IMG/VR virus record: IMGVR_UViG_3300033076_001036 | Location: 1-54,628 of that record | Origin: a virus | Taxonomy: Duplodnaviria; Caudoviricetes | DNA length: 54,628 nucleotides | Direction: 5' to 3' (one strand) | The notes under the pieces: model-generated | The model's database searches: none | The model's input: the letters and a program-made list of their open reading frames with translations, nothing else | Told to the model about the DNA's origin: nothing | Program-made: the position numbers and the translations under genes | In this document: positions 27,083 through 37,513 of the stretch, piece after piece | Layout of the letters: each line of letters begins with the position of its first letter | Numbering within the stretch: the stretch's first letter is position 1

Positions 27083-29202
27083 TACTTCACCGTCGGAACG
27101 CTAGGGGAGTTGCCTCGGTTTTGAGCGGCCATTGCAATGACTCCCTTGAGGGCTTCGGTTTGGTCTGCAATGAAGCTCTTTAGTTGATTCTCTTCAATCA
27201 GCTTCCGTTTGACGTCGCCCTTGATAGCTTCCTCATTCTCCCCGCCGCCCAAGCGAGCTAGCCCCTGGAACAGGTTTTTGAACATTCCAGGATCTTCCTG
27301 GGAGCTTGCCAGTTGAGCCTTGGCCGCCTCAATCGAAGCCGAGATTGCTTTTTCTGCCCCGGCGTAGTCGCCTTTGGACAGTGCGGCGGCGGCCTGTGAT
27401 GACGCATTTTGAGCACCGATCCCAAGCTCAGCTTCGCGACGATTTTTCGCATCATCTGCGCTAGCCATTGAATCGACAGTCATTAGCCCGACCGACAGAG
27501 TGGTCACGGCCAACGCTCCGATTATCCCGGCTTTGCCTAAGGCAGCCGTTCCCCCGGTGGCTTCTCCGGTGATGACTCCTTTGATGGCATCGCCAATCTT
27601 AGCAGCTGCGATGTCAGCGGTGATCTTGGTTGCTACGGCTGCTCCAATTGTCCCAAGCACCCCAAGTTTATCGATTAGCCATGTGACCTTATCGACCAGC
27701 TTTCCAAGCTCCGGTGTAAGCTCCGCAAACTTCGGGATGAGCTTAGTCACTTGTGGAAGCAACTTTGAACCCATCTCAGAGTTAAAGTTCTTCATTGCCT
27801 CTTTGAACTGAATGTCAGCGTCCTGATATCGGCTTTCAGCACGCGCGTTCAGGTCCGCGTCTGACATGCTAGCGCCTGAAAAGCGCCCAAACTCAGCGAG
27901 CATCGCCGCCTTGCCAGCCTCGCCCTTTTTCTTGCGGTCCTTCGGCGCAAGCTTCGCATTCGCTTCCTCCGCCTGAAGATATAGCGGGGAGAAACCCTGA
28001 AACGCCTTGATCGACTGAGCGTTGAAAACGTCCTGGAGCTTGGTCAGGTCGCCGCCTGTTTTGGCCATTATGTCGGCCATGATCTCGCGCGGATCCTTGA
28101 GCTTGGTCTTTCCCTTGTCTGAAAAAATATTCAGACCAAGGGCATTGAGCGCCTTCTGAGACGGCTTCTTAGTGAGGTCCTCACCAAAGCGAACCACGGC
28201 GGTACTTGCTTCGGCAGCGTTGGCCGCACCACCGCGCGCGACGGACGCTTGCGCCATGGCGCCCATGGTCTTCATGAGTTCCGCCGGACCCCCTTGGAAC
28301 TTGCGCGTGGCCGCTCCCAGTGACGCTAGCTCAACGGCCATGTCCTTAATCTCAACCGCTCCCATGTTTCCTTGAGCAGCGAGAGTTCGCATCACATCGT
28401 TCAGGGCCTTGATCTGTTCTTCGGGATCTTTGATCGTGTCTCGGATCACATTGAACGCTTGACCGGCGGCTTCTCCCATTTCTCCGAAGTCAGTCCCCGT
28501 AGCGATTGCAAGCTTGCCCATGTCCTGGATAGCCTTGCGAGCCGCCGAAACATCACCAGTCTTTTCAACGAAACCGCCCATTGCGGCCATCGTCTCTTCA
28601 CCCGTGAACCCTCTGACTTGCTGAGACTCTTTGAGGATGGCAGCTTTCTGCCTCGGGTCTCCAGTCATGTTGGCCAGCTTGGAGGCCATTGCTGTTTCCC
28701 TCATCTGTTGAGAGACAGCCCCCGAAAGCATGAAACCGCCGCCGATGGCAAGCGCGCCCGTTGCCACGGTCCCGACGGTTCTGGCCGCGTTAGTTGCGCT
28801 CCTACCGATGGTCCCTAGGGTGTTAGACCTAGAGCGCATCTGAGCGACTTCTATGCGCTTACGCTGACGCTCCTCTTGCTGGTAATGCTTGTTCTGAAGC
28901 TGTTGTTTCCAGCGAGCGGACCGCGCCACCTCCGCGGCGACTCGCTTCTCTTCTCTAATCTTGGCATTCGCAATCTGACGTGCGGCCCTGTCTTCCGCCG
29001 CAACTTGCGCACGCAGCGCCGGATCAACGCCACGAGTCCTAACCGGCGCACCGCGTCCAGATCCGCCACTCGTTCGGCCACTACCGCCAAAAGTCCTATC
29101 CATGCGCGACGCATGCTGAGCAGCTCGCTTTTCAATCGAAGCAAAAGCGCGATTGATCGCGTCCTGTCCGACGACTTTAAAATCATACTCAAGAGTGGCC
29201 AC
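27082..29202 (-). CDS. tape measure protein
   Basis: Long Ala/Gly/Lys-rich helical protein; QGNMGAVEIKDMA motif; follows tube and chaperone. Confidence 0.85.
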   Translation of the reverse strand: MATLEYDFKVVGQDAINRAFASIEKRAAQHASRMDRTFGGSGRTSGGSGRGAPVRTRGVDPALRAQVAAEDRAARQIANAKIREEKRVAAEVARSARWKQQLQNKHYQQEERQRKRIEVAQMRSRSNTLGTIGRSATNAARTVGTVATGALAIGGGFMLSGAVSQQMRETAMASKLANMTGDPRQKAAILKESQQVRGFTGEETMAAMGGFVEKTGDVSAARKAIQDMGKLAIATGTDFGEMGEAAGQAFNVIRDTIKDPEEQIKALNDVMRTLAAQGNMGAVEIKDMAVELASLGAATRKFQGGPAELMKTMGAMAQASVARGGAANAAEASTAVVRFGEDLTKKPSQKALNALGLNIFSDKGKTKLKDPREIMADIMAKTGGDLTKLQDVFNAQSIKAFQGFSPLYLQAEEANAKLAPKDRKKKGEAGKAAMLAEFGRFSGASMSDADLNARAESRYQDADIQFKEAMKNFNSEMGSKLLPQVTKLIPKFAELTPELGKLVDKVTWLIDKLGVLGTIGAAVATKITADIAAAKIGDAIKGVITGEATGGTAALGKAGIIGALAVTTLSVGLMTVDSMASADDAKNRREAELGIGAQNASSQAAAALSKGDYAGAEKAISASIEAAKAQLASSQEDPGMFKNLFQGLARLGGGENEEAIKGDVKRKLIEENQLKSFIADQTEALKGVIAMAAQNRGNSPSVPTVK

Positions 29203-29211
29203 GCTCTCACC

Positions 29212-29239
29212 ATCCTATCACGAATTACAATTCGTTATT
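29212..29239 (-). promoter_or_regulatory. putative late promoter AATAAC-N16-TAGGAT
   Basis: GTG start at 29202 lies 9 nt after the -10. Confidence 0.55.
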
Positions 29240-30017
29240 CGCTAGCGGAATCGATTAGGTTTTGACGCGCGCGAAGCTTTTCGGTGAGTGCGATTGCTTC
29301 CTCGATCCCAACGTCAGAGTTTTCCGAACCAGCTTCGGCGGATGCGAGTCGCTGCAATCCAGCAAAGGACATGCCCGTAAAGCACTTGTCGAGGGCGGAT
29401 CGAGAGGTACTCGGCAAGCTCTCGTATAGGGGTCCTAGGATCTGGAAGATTGAATAGATCCTTTCCGACAACGCATAGGCTAGTTCGGCCACATCCTGCG
29501 AGGCCAGAAACGCTAAAGGGAGAGCGTCGCCGCCCTCCACTAGGCGATTGATCCAGGAGTCCACGTCAATGTTCGATTCAAGCGGACCAAAGCTACGCTG
29601 AACCATCTGCCATGAATTGAACAGCACGGCAATCTCGTCACCGGTAAATTTACCAAGCTGCGAACCGTCAACGAATAGACGCCCGTAGATCGGTTGCCCA
29701 TTCGGGTCATCACCTGAAGAGTTTTCCGCGAGACACGCAATGGCCAACAGTTCGCGCGCAACTGTGTCCGCCGCAAGCTCTTTGAGCACTACACCGGTCA
29801 GCTTCTCAGCGCTAAACCGGCGCTTATCTAGACTCTCTTGTGCCAAGATTCGAGCCTGATCCATGTCGTCCTGCGAGAGGACCCGGAGCCGAATATTAGC
29901 TGCCCATGAGCCGTCCGGATTCTTACGCGGAAACGGGACGACCTTAGTCGGGAACGGTGTTTCAAGCAGCTTCCTAAATAGGTCGGAAGCCTTCACATCT
30001 TCAGGCGGTTTGATCAT
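29235..30017 (-). CDS. tail assembly chaperone (putative)
   Basis: Position between tube and tape measure. Confidence 0.6.
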   Translation of the reverse strand: MIKPPEDVKASDLFRKLLETPFPTKVVPFPRKNPDGSWAANIRLRVLSQDDMDQARILAQESLDKRRFSAEKLTGVVLKELAADTVARELLAIACLAENSSGDDPNGQPIYGRLFVDGSQLGKFTGDEIAVLFNSWQMVQRSFGPLESNIDVDSWINRLVEGGDALPLAFLASQDVAELAYALSERIYSIFQILGPLYESLPSTSRSALDKCFTGMSFAGLQRLASAEAGSENSDVGIEEAIALTEKLRARQNLIDSASE

Positions 30018-30035
30018 CTCTAGTCCTCCAAAACC

Positions 30036-30061
30036 AAAAGCCGTGGAGTCTCCCCCACGGC
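30036..30061 (-). terminator. intrinsic terminator after the tail tube gene
   Basis: GCCGTGGGG-GAGA-CTCCACGGC-TTTT. Confidence 0.75.
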
Positions 30062-30095
30062 CATGATGTTAGCCGATTCTAAGAGCTTCTATTGC

Positions 30096-30470
30096 CTAGC
30101 CTTGAAGTGCCTTCAGTTCTCCGAGCCAAGAGAACGTGCCTTCCACGTTTCCGCCAGTGCTTCCACTGATTGAAACGCTTTGAATCTTCCCGGTCCCGAT
30201 GTAGTCCTTGCGGCCAATCGGAACTTGGAGAGTGACGAATGCACCGTTGGCGCAATCTTCCTGAAACTTTCCTTCGGTTCCGCTAATCGGAATCACGAAA
30301 CCAACTTCGATTGAACAGTCGCCGGGGCCAGGCGTGAACCCACCAAGGCCCTCGTTCATGAGGTCAACGCGCTGCAAGCCGGAGTTCGTAGTGTGGCTAA
30401 TGCTTGTGATTTGAGTAAGCGGGTTGCCGTTGTAAAGAATCGCCAGACGGGCGTAATCATTGAGTGCCAT
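30096..30470 (-). CDS. tail tube protein
   Basis: 124-aa beta-rich protein right after the sheath; strong RBS. Confidence 0.75.
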   Translation of the reverse strand: MALNDYARLAILYNGNPLTQITSISHTTNSGLQRVDLMNEGLGGFTPGPGDCSIEVGFVIPISGTEGKFQEDCANGAFVTLQVPIGRKDYIGTGKIQSVSISGSTGGNVEGTFSWLGELKALQG

Positions 30471-30488
30471 GTGTTAGCTCCTTGTGTG

Positions 30489-32060
30489 TTAGCCCGGCGT
30501 AACTTCAGCGACGCGAGTCGTGGTCTGGTCAAGCCAATCAATAACGCGGAGGTCTAGACCGCACTCGATTCGACCGGGAGCCGTTGCGCTCTTAATCACG
30601 CTCACGGAGATCTTAATCGTGGCTACGTCGTCCAGCTTTCCAGCTGCGTAGTAGTCGTCGATCTGTTTGAAGATGGTTGCCTGAACCATGCTCGGACGAA
30701 CCGTACCGGGAACTAGTCGTTGATTCGGATTGATCGAACCATCAGCCAAGGTCTCGTCTGCAAGCAGTTTCTTTTGGCCGAAGCTGTTAGCGAAACGAAC
30801 CTGGAGTTCGTCAAGGAACTCGTCCGAGACGCTGACCTTGCTTGTGCGAGAAGCGCGGAAGTCAACAGCCGATCCTGCGGTGTTGAGCGACTTAGTCGTT
30901 ACCGACTGAACGAGATAAGCACCCGAGTCCGACGATGCGAACACCGTAACGCCGCCTTGAATTGCTGTTTCTACATCGGTCGCATTCGGCCAATCCGCCT
31001 GGAGGGCGGCCGGCTTGAGAACGTTGACCGAAAGCGGAATCAGGTTGAGAGCCGTGGCCGTATCAGTGGACTCACCAACAACGCCGCCACCAACTCCGAT
31101 GGTTCCACCAACCCGAATAGCCGCAAGCGTTGCCGCAAGCTCGGCTCCGTCGTGCTCCGAGTTCGGTTGCCATGCCATCGCCATGCGCTCGTAGTTGACG
31201 CCCTGAGCGAGCGTCACGGCGGTAGAAACGGACCCAGAGTAGGGGAAGATACCAACCGAGCGAAGGCCCTGCTTTGGTAGCGACTTGGTAGCGATATGCG
31301 ACTTGAGGTTAGCCGCCGGGGTTGCGCTGTTGACGTGCGTTACGATGTAGTATTTGCGAGTTGCCGCAATGGTAGCGAGCGCCGTTGCGAGGTTAGCAGC
31401 TTCCGTCGTTGTACCTTCGGCGCCAGCTGTAACCGAACCGAGGAACGATCCGGAAGTGGCGACCGTAGTAGCGACACCAGAGGTAATGTCCGCTCGATAG
31501 CGAATGGTTCCGATGGTTGCCGTTCCGCCAGTAATTCCAGCGATCTTCGCGGTAAGCGTCACCGTTCCTGATACGTTTGCAGCCGTGCAAGGGAGCCACG
31601 TTTTAGCGTTAATCACAGCCGCGATACCAGCGCCGATAGCCGTGGCAGTGTCGCCGCTCGCGAAGGTATACTGGCAAAGCTCACCAGCTACCGTAACGCT
31701 AACAGTTCCAGCGCCCGTTGCGGTCGTAGCGATGGTCACCGTTCCCGTAGCGGTTGCAGGAGAACCTCCGGAGGTTGCCGCGTACGGAAGCGCGTAGACG
31801 TTCGCATCGCGCCAGATCGAAAGGAACTTGCGAATGCCGCGATGGATCGGGGAACCGTCACCGCCGCCGGTCGCGGCTTCCTGTTCATTGTTGACCTTGT
31901 AAACCGTGTTGACGGTCCAGGTGCCAGCGGCGGATTTTGGCATCACGAAGATCACTTCGCGCTTGCCACCACCGGCAACGCTCGGACCTTGCGCAAAAAC
32001 AATCTCACCCCAGTTTCCTGGTGTTCGGAATCCGTTATCAATTCCGGTAATCGTGGGCAT
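30489..32060 (-). CDS. contractile tail sheath protein (Mu gpL-like)
   Basis: RTPG..EI, GSPIH, ATGTVTI, TVTLTAK, ETAIQGGVT patterns. Confidence 0.88.
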   Translation of the reverse strand: MPTITGIDNGFRTPGNWGEIVFAQGPSVAGGGKREVIFVMPKSAAGTWTVNTVYKVNNEQEAATGGGDGSPIHRGIRKFLSIWRDANVYALPYAATSGGSPATATGTVTIATTATGAGTVSVTVAGELCQYTFASGDTATAIGAGIAAVINAKTWLPCTAANVSGTVTLTAKIAGITGGTATIGTIRYRADITSGVATTVATSGSFLGSVTAGAEGTTTEAANLATALATIAATRKYYIVTHVNSATPAANLKSHIATKSLPKQGLRSVGIFPYSGSVSTAVTLAQGVNYERMAMAWQPNSEHDGAELAATLAAIRVGGTIGVGGGVVGESTDTATALNLIPLSVNVLKPAALQADWPNATDVETAIQGGVTVFASSDSGAYLVQSVTTKSLNTAGSAVDFRASRTSKVSVSDEFLDELQVRFANSFGQKKLLADETLADGSINPNQRLVPGTVRPSMVQATIFKQIDDYYAAGKLDDVATIKISVSVIKSATAPGRIECGLDLRVIDWLDQTTTRVAEVTPG

Positions 32061-32428
32061 TAGCTAGGCTCCTTCTTGGATTCAGCGGGAACTGGCACCA
32101 TTTCCCCGCCTTCAAGCCTGACTTTTTGGAGCTTGATCCCAAAAAGATCGGCGGTGTACTTGTCGGCGGGAATCAAATCGCCGCACGCGAGATAGCGTCG
32201 AATCTGCTCCGCACGCTCCCCAACATCTTCACACTGATACGGCTCTCCGGTTGCTTGGAACGCTCCGCGCACTCGGACACTTCCATCCGTTCGGCGAGCT
32301 TCCTCGGGCGTTAGCGGTTCGTCATCAGGCACGAAAGCGCGTCCCACATAACGCGGGGGCTGACCGGGAACCATTGAAGTGCCGGGCTCTCTACACATTG
32401 CACCGGGTACAGGGAAGACTTTGATCAT
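32060..32428 (-). CDS. Mu gp38/DUF2635-like protein
   Basis: KVFPVPG...RRYLACGDL, immediately upstream of the sheath. Confidence 0.5.
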   Translation of the reverse strand: MIKVFPVPGAMCREPGTSMVPGQPPRYVGRAFVPDDEPLTPEEARRTDGSVRVRGAFQATGEPYQCEDVGERAEQIRRYLACGDLIPADKYTADLFGIKLQKVRLEGGEMVPVPAESKKEPS

Positions 32429-32431
32429 TGC

Positions 32432-32887
32432 TTAGAATCTCTTAGCTAGCTCCGCGAGCTTCTTTTGAAGGTTCGTCCGGAGGTCCTCGAACGCATGTAA
32501 GGTAGCATTCGAAAGGAATTTATATGGTTTGTTGCCGGGGTGATTCACTCGCCGGACTCGCATCCACCGGCTCATCTTAGACCAGTAAAAAACCAAGTAT
32601 GGTGCGCGCCTGGCTTCGATGACGTGAGGTCTCGCGCCCTTATCAATCGCGGCCGCGTACGGCGTGCGGTTGAACAGTTTGATCCTTGTGATTTTGCCGC
32701 CCGGAGTCCGAACAACCTTGTATTGTGTGGCCTCTGTTAGGGTCCCGGTCCTATTTCGGTATCCAGTATTTTCGCGAGCATAAAGAACACCAGCTTTACC
32801 AGCATCATCCGCTTCCGAGTCGATCACCCTTCGGACTCGATCTGAGAAAGCGTCATGCTGCTCTTTGAGTTTCTGGATGTTCAGCAC
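32432..32887 (-). CDS. HK97 gp10-like neck protein
   Basis: RTGTL, TPYAAAIDKGARPH, VNHPGNKPYKFL. Confidence 0.75.
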   Translation of the reverse strand: MLNIQKLKEQHDAFSDRVRRVIDSEADDAGKAGVLYARENTGYRNRTGTLTEATQYKVVRTPGGKITRIKLFNRTPYAAAIDKGARPHVIEARRAPYLVFYWSKMSRWMRVRRVNHPGNKPYKFLSNATLHAFEDLRTNLQKKLAELAKRF

Positions 32888-33651
32888 TATCCACCGCTCA
32901 CAATTGCGTCAGTGGTTCCCTGGATAAATTCGGGAATCGTCCCAGTTTCATCGGTCAAACCCATGCTTATGTCGATTCCGTCAACCGGTGAGTAAGCGTC
33001 TTCGTTGTCGGCCGCGATCTCAGTTGTTTCAATCGTGAACTGGACAGCCCAATAAACGACACTCGGATCTTCGGAGAACACCGCTTGACCCAGCGGACTT
33101 CGCTTAACCAGCTTCACATGCGAGAGCGTTCCGACTCCCGGGAAAAACTGGAGCGCTCCGCCGTCGTAGGACCTGTGCCCGCGCTGTCGGATTACCAAAG
33201 CGATAACAGCAGAGACACCCTGAACAACATCAGAGAGCTTTCGCTCCACTTCCACGTCACCCGGTCCGATGATGTAGTGAAGCATCCAGGACTGCTTCAT
33301 TCGCAGTCCGTCATTCATCAAGTACTCTTCGTATTCCACTTCCCCGTCGCGGTGTAACGCGAGAAGCGGGAACGAAGACTTTCGCACTTGCATTGTTGCA
33401 AGCGACGGACGAAGCGGAAGAACGTCATTGGCCGGTGAAGTGCCCGAGAATTTACTCCCAGGGTCCAACGAAGAATCGACAATCTTGCGCCACACCTCGC
33501 CAAGCTCTGCATTGATCGCGGTCTGAAAAAGCGAGAGCAATCGATCCCGAGTCGGGTCAAGCGGCGCCAGTGAGTCGGTAAAATCATCAGCGACAATCGG
33601 AAACGAGAGCGCGCCGATTGATTGCGTGATGGGGAGAACAACTTCGGTCAA
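32887..33651 (-). CDS. tail terminator-like protein
   Basis: Position; FPLLAL motif; TTG start overlapping the upstream TGA. Confidence 0.5.
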   Translation of the reverse strand: MTEVVLPITQSIGALSFPIVADDFTDSLAPLDPTRDRLLSLFQTAINAELGEVWRKIVDSSLDPGSKFSGTSPANDVLPLRPSLATMQVRKSSFPLLALHRDGEVEYEEYLMNDGLRMKQSWMLHYIIGPGDVEVERKLSDVVQGVSAVIALVIRQRGHRSYDGGALQFFPGVGTLSHVKLVKRSPLGQAVFSEDPSVVYWAVQFTIETTEIAADNEDAYSPVDGIDISMGLTDETGTIPEFIQGTTDAIVSGG

Positions 33652-34100
33652 GCGGAGTCCTCCACGGGTGAGCACTTGAGAGTGAAGTGCATTGCCGACT
33701 CAAAGGCGGCATCGGTTACGCGATAGTTCGCTCCGTTCGGATGGTTCGGACCTATGAGCTTGATATAGCGCAAGTCTCCTGTTCCGAGCTTCGTCGCCGC
33801 GATTGCGTCAATGATCTCCGTGTATCCGTCCAGGTCTGGAGTAATCGGACCAACTTCAACGGTGCCAGCAGCTAAACCGCCTACTGCAATCTCATCGGAC
33901 TTGAGCCAGCGAACCTTGGGAGGAGTTCGCGAGCTTCCCTCAGTGAGTTCAAACTCAGTATTAGAGCGCGAACCATCGCCCGTGTAGGGTCCTGTGAATC
34001 GAGAGGCAATGACGAAAACGCGATGAGTTCTGAGCCCGAATACTCCCGGGATCCCGCGAATCGCTCTCACTAGCGGCTTGAGCGAGTTTGCAATCGTCAT
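33648..34100 (-). CDS. head closure/adaptor-like protein
   Basis: Position in the neck module; start revised (TGATG overlap). Confidence 0.5.
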   Translation of the reverse strand: MTIANSLKPLVRAIRGIPGVFGLRTHRVFVIASRFTGPYTGDGSRSNTEFELTEGSSRTPPKVRWLKSDEIAVGGLAAGTVEVGPITPDLDGYTEIIDAIAATKLGTGDLRYIKLIGPNHPNGANYRVTDAAFESAMHFTLKCSPVEDSA

Positions 34101-34693
34101 CAGTAAACGCTCACAGTTGCGGCGCCCTGCTTTTTGGCAGCCCACATGCTCTGAATCCCAAGCGCGCTAGCGAGCATTTCGCGGTAATACGCTAGGTTTT
34201 CCCCGAGGATCCCGAAGGCCGTTTTACCGCCGGCCTCGTAGAACTCTACTTCGTCAACCTTCTTCAAGGCTCCCGTTCCGAACTGTTCAGCGAGTTTCTT
34301 TTTCGTGGCCGCAATGTCAGCCAAGATCTCGCGCACAATAGTTTCGGGACCCTCGACCGTTACCGGGTAAGTACCAGAGTGTTCCTTGTTCAGGATCGCA
34401 GTGAGATTGCTTCCACTCAAGTTCTGAACGGTTACAACCTCCTGACGTTCATCCACGTCAATGACTACACGGTCGCCGGAATGAAACCCCGTAGCGCTTG
34501 CTATGACAATCGTGTTAGGACCCGTGCTCGTGATTGAGGTGGAGCTAGTGGTCTTAGCTCCGCCGCTTAGGTTCGGCTGGATTACCTGTTCAAAGATCGC
34601 GACAATATCAATCCACGGGACCGCGCCGTTAGACAGCACGTTGTAACCAAGCTCGGCTTTGATTCGCGCAATCTCGGAGTCCAGTAAGGCCAC
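34100..34693 (-). CDS. head-tail connector-like protein
   Basis: ALLDSEIARIKAELGY...LKKVDEVEFY; first neck gene. Confidence 0.5.
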   Translation of the reverse strand: MALLDSEIARIKAELGYNVLSNGAVPWIDIVAIFEQVIQPNLSGGAKTTSSTSITSTGPNTIVIASATGFHSGDRVVIDVDERQEVVTVQNLSGSNLTAILNKEHSGTYPVTVEGPETIVREILADIAATKKKLAEQFGTGALKKVDEVEFYEAGGKTAFGILGENLAYYREMLASALGIQSMWAAKKQGAATVSVY

Positions 34694-34697
34694 ACCC

Positions 34698-34737
34698 AAA
34701 AAGCCCCGCGTCCCGCTTGTGAGGCGGAAGGCGAGGC
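34698..34737 (-). terminator. terminator/attenuator after the capsid genes
   Basis: GCCTCGC-CTTCCGC-loop-GCGGGA-C-GCGGGGC-TTTTT. Confidence 0.65.
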
Positions 34738-34755
34738 AAGTTGGTTATCTATCAA

Positions 34756-35175
34756 TTAGAGCTGAACGTAGCGATACGCGATTGAGTACGTATCAGCCGA
34801 TGCGCCGGTCGCCACACCGACTACCGTTTGAGCGCGAACGAAGCGGAACCCCGAGTAACCATCCGGAGCGGGGACCGCAACCGTGACAGCCGAGTCAGCG
34901 CCAGCGGTACCGGTTGCCATTGCCACACCGGCCGGGTTCTGCGGAGCGTTGGCGATGTTGATCCAAGTGGATCCGTCATCGCTTCCCTGCCATCGCGCGG
35001 TCTGGGTCAGGGTGTTGGTTTCTGCCAGTACCGTGAACACAGCGCAAAGGGTTCCCGGTGTCACGTTCTGGGTGAGAACGCTAGCGCCTGAAGCTGCGTT
35101 ACCAGCTGTTACGCCGTTAAGGTTGCCCGTGGTTGCCCCGGTTACCGTGTACTTTCGAAGAGTAATTCTAGCCAT
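34756..35175 (-). CDS. putative capsid decoration protein
   Basis: Directly after the major capsid gene; WQGSDDGSTW...RFVRA beta-sandwich pattern. Confidence 0.5.
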   Translation of the reverse strand: MARITLRKYTVTGATTGNLNGVTAGNAASGASVLTQNVTPGTLCAVFTVLAETNTLTQTARWQGSDDGSTWINIANAPQNPAGVAMATGTAGADSAVTVAVPAPDGYSGFRFVRAQTVVGVATGASADTYSIAYRYVQL

Positions 35176-35221
35176 TTCTGAAGTCTCCTAGTTGATTGTG
35201 AGAGGTTTAGGAGTTCAGGGT

Positions 35222-36325
35222 TTAGGACGAACTACGGACCGAGATGACGAAGCGATTATCGGCCAAACCGAACGCGAGGTAAGCAACCCAGATCATCTTG
35301 GCAACTTCGCCGAAGTTATCATCCGTCGAAGGAGCAACGCGCGGGGGCTTACCCATGCCGCCGAGGAGAGCCCCGGGAGCGATGAGGTGACCCTTGTGGA
35401 TCGGAATCGAGCTACCATTCACTGACTGATTGAGGCTCACGCTCTTGAAGATGTGAAGCTTACCAATCGAAGCCACGTAGTCAGGGAACAGAGCGTTCAT
35501 GGTCGGGTGAACCTTGGAAAGCTCGATGTAGTCAGCATCCGTCTTGAGCTGCGAAAGCTGCGTAGGAGTACCGACGAAGATGCGATAACCGTCCGAGAAA
35601 GTCGGAAGGCTAGCGTTGTCAGCTGCAAGCTCGGCACGGTTGAGCGTGTCGTAGTCAAGTCGGAACTGACCAGCAACGGTTGCGTCGTTGTCCGCGCTCA
35701 TACCAGCGGGGCGAACCACAGTCGAAGCGGTGTCAAGAAGAGCAACCTGAACCGAATCAATGAACTTGTGGAAGTCGCGCTTGAGATGCGTTCCGACGTA
35801 GCTCGTGAGCTTGTGGATACCCATCTGAGCCGAGAGCGCATCGATACCGAACGGAGCGACACGGCTATTGGTCTGGTCGTACGGACCAGCGAAGCGCTCA
35901 AGCTCAAGCGAAACCTGCTCGCTACCAGCCGTAATGGTCTGAGTAGAGATCGTGGTGTTCAGTCCGATCTTACGCGATGCGGTCGTGTAAGTCGTATCCG
36001 CAAAGAGCGGACGATTGAAGCGCACCATTGAACCGGGGAGCCCGAGGAAATCCACCTTAGGAATGACTACCTGATTAAGGTATCCGACCATCTGAGGATC
36101 AATGAGGTTCAAGCGGTCGCGATCAGCGGAAGCGTAAGCGGCGCCGGGATCAACGAAGCTGCGGCCAACCTGCGCGTCAGAGTCCCCAGCTGCCGGAAGG
36201 TCCGTAGCAAGCGCGGAGAGGAACATCTTCGCATAGGGGTACTGTGGCTCAGGCTGCGCAAGAAGCGTCGAGCTGGTGACGTTGTAGAAGTTCTCAGTAA
36301 ACGAGGCGTGAGTGATGTCGGCCAT
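35222..36325 (-). CDS. major capsid protein
   Basis: 367 aa, follows the scaffold; PGSMVRFNR, TPTQLSQLKTD and terminal W..Y.AFG patterns; strong RBS. Confidence 0.8.
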   Translation of the reverse strand: MADITHASFTENFYNVTSSTLLAQPEPQYPYAKMFLSALATDLPAAGDSDAQVGRSFVDPGAAYASADRDRLNLIDPQMVGYLNQVVIPKVDFLGLPGSMVRFNRPLFADTTYTTASRKIGLNTTISTQTITAGSEQVSLELERFAGPYDQTNSRVAPFGIDALSAQMGIHKLTSYVGTHLKRDFHKFIDSVQVALLDTASTVVRPAGMSADNDATVAGQFRLDYDTLNRAELAADNASLPTFSDGYRIFVGTPTQLSQLKTDADYIELSKVHPTMNALFPDYVASIGKLHIFKSVSLNQSVNGSSIPIHKGHLIAPGALLGGMGKPPRVAPSTDDNFGEVAKMIWVAYLAFGLADNRFVISVRSSS

Positions 36326-36393
36326 TTGTGTTTAGGTCCTTGTGTTATTTCTCAGTCACGCCCTAGTTTCTAAAGGACGGCGCGACACTGATT

Positions 36394-37020
36394 TTAGAGC
36401 AGCTGTCCGGCGTGTTTCTGTGCATATGCCGAAGCTGCGAAAGGGTTTGTTTTCTGTAGTTCCGCATAGCGGGACTTATGATCGATTTGTGAGATTGACG
36501 CGCTAGCTGGCTGCGCAGGGGCTGCGCTAGTTTGAGCCGGGGCAGCTTGAGTCTGAACGGGTGCGCTAGACTGGACAGCGGTCCAAGTAGGCCTGAGCGA
36601 TTCAATGGCTTTGATTTGCATCGCAGGATCTGAACCGGCGAGGGCTACGACTGCCGCTTTCTGAAGTTCGTTCAGTCCGCCGAGTTCACGATTCGCTACC
36701 ATTCCGATTGACTCTTCAAGGGCACTTGCGCGGACTGCTTTCTCACGGAGTTCTTTCAGTTCTAAAGATACTCGCTCTTGCTCAGAAAGCTGGGCGCGCT
36801 CAAGTTCCGCAAGTCGCGCAAGTTTCGCTTCCAGGTCTTCAGGCTTTTCAACTCCGAATCGTTTTAGGATTCCGCTTTCAGCTCCGCGCTTAGCTTGCTC
36901 TAGTCGAGGGTTAAGCCACGCCGGATCTTCGGATTTGGCTTCCTGTTTCGATTCTTTGGACTCCGCAACTGGAGCTGCTTTGGTTTCCTGAATTACCTGT
37001 TCTGCTACTACTTCGCTCAT
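36394..37020 (-). CDS. capsid scaffolding protein
   Basis: Charged coiled coil with an Ala/Pro/Gln linker; upstream of the major capsid gene. Confidence 0.72.
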   Translation of the reverse strand: MSEVVAEQVIQETKAAPVAESKESKQEAKSEDPAWLNPRLEQAKRGAESGILKRFGVEKPEDLEAKLARLAELERAQLSEQERVSLELKELREKAVRASALEESIGMVANRELGGLNELQKAAVVALAGSDPAMQIKAIESLRPTWTAVQSSAPVQTQAAPAQTSAAPAQPASASISQIDHKSRYAELQKTNPFAASAYAQKHAGQLL

Positions 37021-37132
37021 GGTTCACCCTTCGACCGTTTCCGCCGTCGTCACGTAGTGGGCTGGGAAAGTGGCGCCCTAAATTACAGACCCGAGCGCCG
37101 TGGGTCCCTCGGTTACAAACCGAGATCAGCTG

Positions 37133-37513
37133 TTAGGACTCTGTGAACACAACGTGCATGCACACGTTCGTGCTTGCCGTTGCGCTCGTGAGTTCCGTGG
37201 TTCGGTCAACCTGCGCAAGGTTGAACACGAGAGCACCCGAGGAGTTCGTGCCGTTGCTCGTATAGATTGCCTGTGCGTTAGTATCGCGGCCCGGGCTAGT
37301 GCACATACCCTGACGAAGCGTCACGGTCTTACCGTTGCGAATACGGTTCTGAATTGCAGTTGCGAGCGCCGGGATACGAGCGTCGTCAGAAGCTCCGGTA
37401 TATGCGCCGAAGTCGCAAACAACGAGTGCGGTGCGCTCAGCGCCGGGGGCACCGAGGGATGCGCTGGATTCTAGGATAGAAATAGATCGGATTGTGCCGT
37501 CAATGGTGGCCAT
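37133..37513 (-). CDS. putative minor capsid/decoration protein
   Basis: Thr/Ala-rich; strong AAGGA RBS; head module. Confidence 0.45.
   Translation of the reverse strand: MATIDGTIRSISILESSASLGAPGAERTALVVCDFGAYTGASDDARIPALATAIQNRIRNGKTVTLRQGMCTSPGRDTNAQAIYTSNGTNSSGALVFNLAQVDRTTELTSATASTNVCMHVVFTES

Noticed and set aside
29235-30017. Programmed frameshift in the tail chaperone
   Set aside because: A single ORF spans the tube-to-tape-measure gap; no second frame is needed and no slippery site was identified.
35453-36031. 192-aa + strand ORF antisense to the major capsid gene (likewise 30720..31280 and 5228..5755)
   Set aside because: Shadow ORFs expected from codon bias on the coding strand; no RBS or motifs.
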